Shown: positions 18,172 through 28,700 of the stretch, piece after piece | Position numbering within the stretch: the first letter of the stretch is position 1 | How the letters are laid out: each line of letters starts with the position of its first letter | IMG/VR virus record: IMGVR_UViG_3300033145_003438 | Span: 1 to 52,383 of that record | Source of the DNA: a virus | Lineage: Duplodnaviria > Caudoviricetes | Length of the DNA: 52,383 nucleotides | Reading direction: 5' to 3' (one strand) | Notes under the pieces: model-generated | What the model was told of the DNA's origin: nothing | What the model saw: only the letters and a program-made list of their open reading frames with translations | Database searches by the model: none | Made by a program: the position numbers and the translations under genes

Positions 18172-19701
18172 ATGCCAGATCAATACGGTAGAACCACAAT
18201 ACAAGACGGTTTGAATTTTGCCAGGGGTTGGACGGGTGTTCAAAATACGATCGAAGCGAGAAAGGACCGCAAAACAGCGCGGGATCGTACGAAATTAGTT
18301 GAGGATACCAGAATGAATTCATTCACCATCGCCGATCAACTCAGGCAGAACCCAAATCTTGAGAAGGGCAATTATAAAGACGAGGACTGGTACACCGGCA
18401 ATCAGCTTTATATGAAGGGTGAATTCGACCGGATATCGAAAGAAACAGGTGATCTTCAGCTTTCCAATGCCGGACGTCAGGCCAAATTGGGCGAGATCCA
18501 GCTGAACGAAAAAAAAGGCGAACACCTACGGCAACTGTTCCATGCGGAAAGAGACCCCAAGAAAAAACTCGAACTTGCCTCCCAGTGGAATAACACGGTC
18601 CTCTATAATGGGATTTTCACCGAAACCGACGATAAAGGAATCAAGATCACCAATTCGCAGGGCCAGGAGTCTTATGAGGACCTATCCACCCCAGAGGCGA
18701 TTCAGAACGCCCTAACTACCGCAGAAACCCAGATCAACACTTATTATGCTAAAACACCGAAGGAACGTTTAAACGCATCTCTTACGGGTGAAATGTTACG
18801 AATAGAGGGCAATAAAGCAGCCCTGAAGGAAACTATTGAAAACCAGACCTATCATTACAGGGATAGCAAGGGGAATATTTATTATCTTTTCGGCGCGGCC
18901 CCAGGTAAGCCGATCCGCGACAAAAAGGACGGCAGGCCGCTCAAACCATTCTTTGCCAGGGATCCAAACGCAAAAGAAGGGATAGACCCCGATTCTGAAG
19001 AGGCCAAGAAATTGGGACTTACTCCAATAAAAACGTCAGACACGAACCTTCAGAGGGAAAACCTGGAGGAATCCGTGACCTCGAAGAAACAGGCCAATAA
19101 AGAGGCCGCAGCCACCGAGAGCACACGGACAGAGATTTTTGAAACCAACCTTGATACTAAAAAGCAGTATCTCAAGGAAGTCCAGGATACCGAGAGCACC
19201 CGGAAGGCCCAAGGAGAGGCTAATCTCGAATTGATCCAGGAAAAAATCAAGTCCTTGAAAAAGGAAACCACGACCAAAGTGAATGAAAAAATTAACAAAC
19301 TGGATGAGCAGAAGCGTAAGAAATACAAGGAAGATCTGGCCCTGATGCTTCAGCCTTTTGCCGGGAGCAAAGTCGCATTCGATGAAGCGGGGAACCTATC
19401 CATTACGGGCAAAACTGCCTTGGAAGACGCTATGATGCTGGTCGACAAGTATCAAGGAAACCAAAAAGCCCACGATGATCTAAAACAAAAACGAGATGCC
19501 GGTGTAGACGAAAAGGAACTTCTAAGGTTAGAAAAAAAGGTTGAATCAACCAAATTGACCACGGCAGAGCTTAAAAAAATCAAACACGCATTTAAAGCGT
19601 GGGAAATGTACAATGGTATATCGAAAAATATTACTGACCAATACCTGAAAGAAGAACAAACGTCCGGAACAGCAAATGTTAGTTGGAAGGATTATAAATA
19701 A
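18172..19701 (+). CDS. Internal virion/DNA transfer protein
   Basis: Helical 500-aa ORF between ejection genes; AGGTGG RBS before ATG 18172. Confidence 0.6.
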   Translation: MPDQYGRTTIQDGLNFARGWTGVQNTIEARKDRKTARDRTKLVEDTRMNSFTIADQLRQNPNLEKGNYKDEDWYTGNQLYMKGEFDRISKETGDLQLSNAGRQAKLGEIQLNEKKGEHLRQLFHAERDPKKKLELASQWNNTVLYNGIFTETDDKGIKITNSQGQESYEDLSTPEAIQNALTTAETQINTYYAKTPKERLNASLTGEMLRIEGNKAALKETIENQTYHYRDSKGNIYYLFGAAPGKPIRDKKDGRPLKPFFARDPNAKEGIDPDSEEAKKLGLTPIKTSDTNLQRENLEESVTSKKQANKEAAATESTRTEIFETNLDTKKQYLKEVQDTESTRKAQGEANLELIQEKIKSLKKETTTKVNEKINKLDEQKRKKYKEDLALMLQPFAGSKVAFDEAGNLSITGKTALEDAMMLVDKYQGNQKAHDDLKQKRDAGVDEKELLRLEKKVESTKLTTAELKKIKHAFKAWEMYNGISKNITDQYLKEEQTSGTANVSWKDYK

Positions 19702-19703
19702 TA

Positions 19704-22700
19704 ATGCCTCTTTCTACCATAGAACAGTGGAATCAGGATCCAGAGTTTTCCCAACTTCCCTATCAACAAAAACGGCAAGTTATCGATAATTATTTCGACT
19801 CCCGGCTTGCTGATGATGAATACTTTTCCCTTTCCTATGATGACCAGGACAAGATTAAACACAATTTCTATGAAAAGGAAGTCGGTCCTGTTCCCATTGA
19901 GAGAACACCCCTGGTTCCAACGGTCCAAGAAGAAGAAAAGGGATTCTTTGGTCGGATCGGTGAAAAATGGAAGACCGGAGAGGCCCAGACCGAACTTGGC
20001 ATCCTGAGATCCCGTCAGTTAATGGGTGAAGACACGCCGGAGATCCGCGAGAGAATCGCCAAGGTTAAGAAGGATATGCCCCAAGGCGAAGAGGAAAAGC
20101 GGAACCTGTTTGAAAGAGCGATCGGTGCAGCGGCTGAAATGCTTCCCATCCAGGTAGAGGGCATGAAACAGGGCGCAAAACGTGGCATTGCCCTTGGTAC
20201 CGGCTTTGGGACTATTGCGGGTATTGCCGGTCAAGCCGGTCCACAAGTTGCTACACCTGAAGAAATCATCACCGTCCCTGCGGCATTTGCCGGTGGGTTT
20301 GGCGTGGGAATGGTTTCCGGGACCCTTGAGAACATCGGGAAGATTGAAGCCGGTCTTGCCTATGATGAATTGCTGGACCTGAAGGACGAAAACGGGAATA
20401 AAATCGATCCCAAGATTGCCAAGGCCGCGGCCGCTTCTGTAGGTGTTGTCAATGGTCTTATCGAAATGTCACAGATCGGGCTCCTCTTAAAAACCATTCC
20501 AGGCGGGAAGGCAATATTAACAGGTGCGATCAGAAAAACGATTACCGAAGCCGTTAAAAAGGGAACTCTAAAACAGGTAGCTTTAAGGGCCGGTATAAAA
20601 TACGGAGTATTTGTTACGGCTGAAACCGGGCAGGAGGTCTTACAGGAATCTACCAATATCCTGATGGCCGAGGTTGCAAAAAAGGTTGATCGTAATTTGG
20701 GGAATTCGAACATAGCGCCTGCCACCCGCCAGGAAATCATAAGCCGATTGGTGGAAACAGCCGAACAATCCGCATTAGCCTTCATGGCCATGGGTGCGCC
20801 GGGGACTGTAGTAACCACTGGCATGGATGTCCGGGCCGCCAGAAAGGACGCACGAAACGAACTTCTGGATCCTGGTGAAGAAGGCGCGGACGCCAGGGAG
20901 ATTTTAACCGGGGAAAAGCCGGTATCACCCGATATTGAGGCTGTTGATACCCTGGACGCTGAAGAACAAGCAAGGCAGTTCGATGAAGATGAGCTCGACC
21001 GAGTTCAATCCCAAGAGACACAGACTAAAAAACCGAAAATCGAAAAGCCCAAAGCCCCGTGGATTGCGCGATTGACCGATGCGCAACTTACCCAACGTAT
21101 TGAAAATCTTGAAAACAACAAACGAGTTGGCAGGTTAAATGATACCCAGGCCAGTGTTCTTGAACGCCTTCACACCGAAACTGAAAACCGCGGCATCAAG
21201 TCTGCTTCTGACTCTGCAGGCGTTTTCTTTAAAGAAGAGATCGAAGAAGAAAAGAAAGAAAACTCTGCGAAAGCAAAGGAAATATTTGAACAACCAACCG
21301 AGTTGTCCGGTAAATCGGCCCAGGAATCAGCGCAGGCCATTCTTGTAGAAGAGGAAATTTCCAAAAATCAGACCGCAAGGGATGAAGCCAAAAAAGATAA
21401 CAATCTAAAATATATCGCCAAAACTCTGAAAATTGACAATATCGATAACGCCTCCAACGAGGAACTATTACGAGCTAAAATGCAGTTGAAACACCAGGGC
21501 CGTGATGACCTTGTTCGGTCCATCGACAACGAATTCGATTCGCGGCGGTCCGCGAAAACAGAGGAGAGAGAAAAAAAACAGGCTGAATCTGAAAAGCAAT
21601 CACCACCGGAAATAGATATCAAAACTCCAAAAAAGGAAGAGCAAAAATACACGACCCTTGGCGGTGCGATCCGGAACATGGGTGGTATTAAAACCGGTGG
21701 GTTGAAAACGGACATCCTCTATCAGAATGATGCTGCTCAGAAAGGCAAGCTGATCAACGAAAAATCCGGTCTTGAGATCGAGAAAATGCAGAGTCAGCTT
21801 GTCGACGCTGGTTGGATGCTTCCCAGTGAAGACCTTACCCAGATTCTTTCTGAGAATCCGGACAGACTCCGAGAGGGTATGCTTGACGGAGAGGCCAAAA
21901 CCAAATGGCAGAAAGAACGCTCAGCAGAAAAACAAGCCCAGGAAGATGAAATTCCAGAACCAACAAAAGATGAGATGGAAGCCGATCCTTCACTGGCAGC
22001 GGCTTTCCCGGAATTAGCGCAACAATATGGAATAAAGACAAGCCCGGCAGAAAAACCCGAGGATCTTGATATCAGTTTTGATTTTGGGGCGAATACGGAC
22101 TCCGGTACCACATCGGCAGATATGGCGGGGGTGGCCACCACCGATACAAAAGACGATGACGGTGCTCATGAATATTCATCCACCCAGGTAAACATTCCTG
22201 AATCAGAGGCAAAAGAGATCAAGGAGTTTTCATCCCAGATACCGGATTCTGAACTGGCAGATGACGGGCGCGAAGATACTCCGCACATTACCGTAAAATA
22301 CGGGCTCCATACCAATGATTTGCGAAAAGCTCAGCCCCTTATAAAAGGGGTGGGACCGATCAAGGCGAAACTGGGAAAGGTTTCCATCTTTGAAAATGAT
22401 GATGAAGATGTTGTTATGGTGGAGATCGACAGCCCTGAACTGCATGCTCTCAATAAAAAGATTGCCGATGGTCTGGAACATACGGACACACATCCGGATT
22501 ACAAGCCCCATGCCACCATAGCGTATGTAAAAAAAGGTGAAGGGAAGAAGTATGGCGGGGATGATCGATTCGAAGGTAAAGAGATCACCCTGAACTCTTT
22601 GGTGTTTTCCGGAAAGGATGGAAGGGAAACAAAATATAACTTTAAAAAAAAGCCGAAATCTGCTAAGAAACCTACCGTGACCTCCGAAAAGGGGCCGGGC

Positions 22701-25700
22701 AAAACACCCACCACAAAAACCTCTCAAAGCCCGAAGGGTGGGGACAATCTTGAAGTGTTATATCAGCACGATACAAAGCTGTTTATTGACGACGATGGTA
22801 AAGAGTATCGTGCCGATGATGCTTCTGATTCTCTTTCCTTATTATCAGACAAAGAATTTGTTGAGATAACGGGTTATTCAAAAAATGATTTTAGGAGGAT
22901 GGGGGGGGCAATATATTTCATTCCAAAAGATAAGCCAGGCATAAACTCCATTCATCATATCTCTGGTGAGATTATATTAAGTGATGATTTAAAGAATAAT
23001 AAGAGCACTCTACAAAAAACATTAATTCACGAATTAACACATTGGGGGCAAATCCAAAAAAATGAGGCACCAGAAGCCTATTATGTTAATCCAGAAGAAA
23101 GTATCTCTGGTTTTATGGATTATTTTTCTGACCCCGCTGAAGTTAAGGCAAGATTTAATGCGGATGGGCGATCTGATGAAGAATACAACGCATTTATAAA
23201 AGATTTGAATTGGGCCAAAAGTACAGATTCCGGCAAGATTAAAGCTCCAGACATCGGTGAAATTCGAATTGAAACAAGAAAAAAATGGCGCATGCCATTG
23301 TCGTATATTAAACAGGAAATTAAGGCAGCTCAAAGAAAAAACGATTATAGAAATATCGCTCCCCGGAAGCTACAAAACGACATTGATGAAATAGAGGGAA
23401 TTGTCGGACATGAAACAAGCGACGCATTAACAAAGAAGGATGATTTACACGAACAGCTTGAAACGATTTACAACAGAGATCCAATATCCGATAGTGATAT
23501 ATCCAATATTAATGAGTTTTACTTCGAAACAAAACGTAAGTGGAACCTAAGAAGGCTTGGCTCCGCAGATAGAAAACTCCGCAACGATGAAATTGAATAT
23601 TATGAAATACCTGTAATGCGGGTTGAGGTTTTGGGTAAGAAAAATCCTCAAACCGGGAAAAGAGGAAGAATAAATCCAATAATCACTGAAGGTATCCTAA
23701 GGGACAAAACAGGTATCAAGGGAATTGCCGTAGGGCCAAATGAAATTAATATTGATTTAAACGCATCTAATGTAAAAAACATATATAAGCTTAACAAGAA
23801 AACCAAAAAGTTTTTTCTCCCTAACCCCACAATCTCACCGGAAAAGGTGAGCAAAGATGCTACCCCTGCATCAAAACCCACCGTAAAAACCAAAGAATTA
23901 TCCCCCTCTGTTGTTTCGATACAGGGCGCCACACAACCCAAACCATCCAGAAAGAAAAAAGAAGACACCCTAAAATTTGGCGAAACCATCGGAGGCTCTA
24001 AATACGACAAAGCCCAAGAGCGCCTTTCTCTTTCTTCGATCACGGATATGAACGAGCGGGAGAGACATAAAAACATCGTAAAGAGAAATATCTGGCCAAA
24101 GCCTGATTATGTAAAGATGGTTGAAAGTGGTCATTCTCCTGAAAACATGTACTTGATCAAGAAAGTAATCGATTCAATACCGGTTCGACCGGAAAAGGTT
24201 GAAGATCAGGAACTGTTCATACAGGAAGTGGGCAGGATTCGAGATATCGTTGAACAGATCAAACCCGGTAATGATATTCAGGGCCTTTTCGGTAAAATAT
24301 TCACGGAGGAATACCATTCTCGGTCTGGTTATTCAAAAGGCTGGACGGAAAAGGGCGGGCCTGTTGCCCACATGCTTAAACCCAAATTTCTGAAAGCCGT
24401 TCAAATCAGCAATTACGATATGTTGACCGCCAAACGAAAAGTTGAAAAGACCGGTTTCCCGGCAAAACAGGAGGCATGGAAGCAGGGCATTGAGATTGTA
24501 GAGCGTGGTTTTGGCGATAATGCCACATGGTCTATTTTTCGGCGCAAGGGTGGCAGAATGGTCGAAGTCCTTGGCAAGGGCTTTAAAACCAAAGAAGAGG
24601 CCCAGAATCACCTCACAGACGTTCTGCAACCGAAATTGAAAGCATCGATGAAGGGAAAGGGCCGGTTTAAGAAGCCCATGCTTGACCACATCACGCGAAC
24701 AGGGACCGACTATCGGGATGGGAAGGATATTACCACTGACGATATCCTTGAAACATTCGGTTTCCGGGGTGGTGAATTCGGTAAATGGTTGAACGAAAAG
24801 AATCAGCAGGAATCCCTGAATCATGCCTATGACGCTTTCATGGATCTTGCAAACATTCTGGACATCCCTCCCATGGCCATAAGCCTGAATGGTACGCTTG
24901 GTATCGCCTTCGGTGCCAGGGGATCGGGGGGGGCGGCTGCGCATTATGAAGGCGATAAGGTCGTTATCAACCTTACGAAACTATCCGGCGCTGGATCGCT
25001 GGCCCATGAGTGGGGGCATGCTTTTGATGATTATTTCGGAAAAATGGCAAAATCGCCACAATCCGGAAAGTATATGATCACTCCCCTGTCTGCAGGAAAA
25101 ACAGGGAAAGAATCAACCGTCCGGCCGGAAATGCTCAATGCATGGCTGAACGTCAGAGGCCGGATTGCAAAACGTGATGAAACCAAAAAAGAGGCCATTG
25201 CTCGGGTTGAAAAGGAAATAAAGAAAAGCAAGCGATATACCAAGTCCTGGCTGGACGGGATCAGGACCGAGTTAGAAAGAGATGATACCGCATACAGTAA
25301 GAAGAAAAGGGCTGCAACCGAAAGTGAGTTAAAGTCCTGGGATAAATTGACGGAGGAAATCCTTGCCGGAAAGCATAAACCCGTTCTTGATGAAAATGTC
25401 CGGTCAAAATACACCATGCCGGCAGTCAATGACTTTTATAAGGGCGTCAAAGGCGTTCTTCCTGCCTCTGATACGAGAACAAGCCTATCGGCCAACATCA
25501 ACAGCCTTCAGCGCAACGTAGAGCACCTGGCAGAGATTAAATCGGATAAAGCAAAACCACGTCAGATCACAACCAATTTCAAGGGCAAGGCAAAAGAGCT
25601 CGGGAATGTTGAATACTGGGGCAATCCCCATGAACTGTTCGCCCGGGCGCTTGAATCCTATGTTGATGATCAGATAAGAGAACAACCCAACAAAAGCCAG

Positions 25701-28700
25701 TACCTCGTTCACAGCACTCAGAACAGCCTGTACGGTGAAGACATCTCTCCATATCCCATGGGTGTAGAACGTGTTGCCATCAACAAGGCGTTTGACGGGC
25801 TTTTTGATGTTCTTGAATCAAAAGAGACCGATAGGGGCGTTGCTCTCTTTTACAAGCGTCGCAATCCTCAAAAGTATAGTGTTCTCAGCAAGAAAAAACT
25901 TGAAGCTGCTATCACCGGCATATCTGGTGCATGGGAAAACGCCCCTGATATCGTCGTTCTGCAAAAGCAAAACGAGTTGCCAGAAAAAATACAGAAAATG
26001 GCCGATGGTGATATCGTTGACGGTGCACACTATCAGGGAAAGATTTTCTTGGTAGCCGAAAATATGAAGGACACCAACTATGTTGTTGAGGTTCTTCTCC
26101 ATGAGGCATTTGGCCACTACGGTATTCGTGGCGTCCTTGGGAAGAACTTAGCTCCCGTTTTAAGAGACGTTTATATCGCCAAACGAAAAGAGGTTCAAGA
26201 GATAGCCCAGGAATACGGCTTTGATCTCAGTGAAGAATCCGGAAGAGCACTGGCCGCCGACGAGTGGCTTGCCAGGGAAGCCCAGAAGAACCCCGAATCA
26301 AAATGGATTGACCGCGTTATCTCAGCGATCCGCGCCTTCGTCCGGAAATTCTACCCCAAGTTCAAGATGACCGACAAGGATATCCGGAAGATACTGGCCG
26401 ATGCAAAATCTTATGTGACTAAAGGAAAGCGAAAATCACATAAAAGCCGCATACCTTCATTCTCCAAAGACAAAAAGGCCGATAAGTGGCACTCCCAGAT
26501 GGCCAACTTCCTGAACATGAAGCTGACCAACGGACCCGCAAAACAGATCAAGTCTAATCTTCAGGCGTGGGCGAAGAAAGGTTTGATCAAACAAGAAGAA
26601 TTGGAATGGTCCGGATTGCTTGACTGGTTGGATTCCAAGAGCAAGGTCAACACATGGAATGCCGTTGCGGACAAAGATCGTTTTACCATCGAATTAAGGG
26701 AAGATGGCCGGTATTACCTTTATGATACCGATCTTGGACCTGATAATACGGCGGCAATGCCGGATTATGAAAAGTTTGAAGACGCCATTGCAAGCGCGGA
26801 GGATGTTGTTGATACCCGTAGGAACAAGACAATAAAACTTAATTTCAAGCCCAATAAACCAGGGAAGGTCAAAAAGATCGATACCCTGAATTACCTGAAA
26901 GATAACAATGTCACGTTGCAGGAGGTTCTGAAAGACAGTGAACTGTGGGTGGTGTGGGATGGTGAAGAAGAAACGTATTTTGAAACACACCAAGAGGCGC
27001 TTGATTACGGGCAAGAAATAGGCGCACCGCCAGAAGACATTTTTTATAAAGAAAGTAAGATGTCTGATGCGACCAAGTTTTCCCAATACACACTTCCCGG
27101 TGGAAAAAATTACAAAGAACTGCTTTTGACATTGCCGGCGAATTCCAAACCACAAACAAATGCGCTTAATGATTTTATTCGTCGGATGGAAAATAAGTAT
27201 GTTGGTACAGAACGACATTGGCGAGTTGCCATGAACGATCAAGAAGCAGATGAGTTTGAATCATTGGCAGAAGCCGAACGTTTAGGTTTTTCGACAGACA
27301 GCCAAGAATATAAGTCCTCCCACTGGCAAGAACCCAACGTATTAGCACACGTCCGATTCAACGAACGTACCGATGCAGACGGAAACAAGGTGTTGTTTAT
27401 TGAGGAGATACAGAGCGATTGGGCGTCCGAAGGTCGGAAGAAGGGGTTCCGTGGAAAGTTTAGGGGCCAAGGTTTTACTAAAAGCAAGGCTGTTTCTGAT
27501 GCTTTAAAACGTTCAAATATGGTTCCAAACGCTCCGTTTGTCGGGAGCACACAGAAATATGTGATGCTTGCGGTAAAGCGAATGGTAAGGCACGCCGCTG
27601 AAAACGGTTTCGACAAGATAGCCTGGACAACGGGACAGATACAATCAGATCGATACGATCTAAGCAAACAACTTGAGTCTATCACATATGCTCCCGATTC
27701 GAAGAAGGGGTTTCCGGGAATACTTCGAGCATATCCATTATCTCCAAATGAAGCGCCTATCATAAAACGAATTTCCGATGAAAATGAACTGGCTGTTGTT
27801 ATCGGAAAGGGTCTGGCAGAAAAAATCATTGATGGCGATAGAGATATCAGAGGTAAGGATCTCAAGGTAGACAGCCCCGGTATGCGCGGATTTTATGACA
27901 AGATTATCCCTGCTGCGGTTAATAAATTTTTCAACAAGGCCGCTTGGGGCAAGGCGAAGGTTGAGACAATAAAAATACAGACTGAAATAGGATCTGAGGG
28001 GTTTGAGATTCCCCAACGGGTTGAAGATGTCTGGTCTCTCCCACTCACCCCAAAAATGAAACAGAAAGCCCTCCGTGAGGGCATGCCCCTTTTTAAAAAG
28101 CGGGACCGCACCACCAAAAAGAGCGATACAGGATCCGGCATCCTTCCAGCGGAAGTCGAACAGCGCATGGAAGCATCCAGAGGCGTTCCGAAAACGACCC
28201 TGAAAGAAAAGGTCAAAGAGCAGATCGTAGAGATCCGCAGGCAGAGGCAGCATTTCCCCAAACTAAAGACTATCGAGGATAAAAACCTACGCCACCGTCT
28301 TGCCGATATCCTCCGGAGACATCAGGAAGTACCTGAATCGGTCAAGCAGCAGACAATAAAATTCTTGAGCTCATTTACCCAGGATCTATCCAAGCAGGAC
28401 TATGAAGCCTTTCGGATGCACATCATTCTGGCCGATATGAAACGGGATATCGACAAAGGCCTTTTGGATGAAAAATCAAAGCTGCCGTTCGGTTTTTCAT
28501 CCATAGACGATGTTGAAAAAGCCTTTAAGGGTTATCAGGAACTGGCAAACAACAATCCGAAGATCAAAAAAGCCCTGAAAAAAAGAAATGATAAGGTCAA
28601 TGAGATCAAGCAGAAACTGGTTGATGCCAAACTTCTGAAAAAAGAAGTGATGGAGGATGAAGACTATTTCCATCATCAAGTATTGATGTTCTGGGATGAT

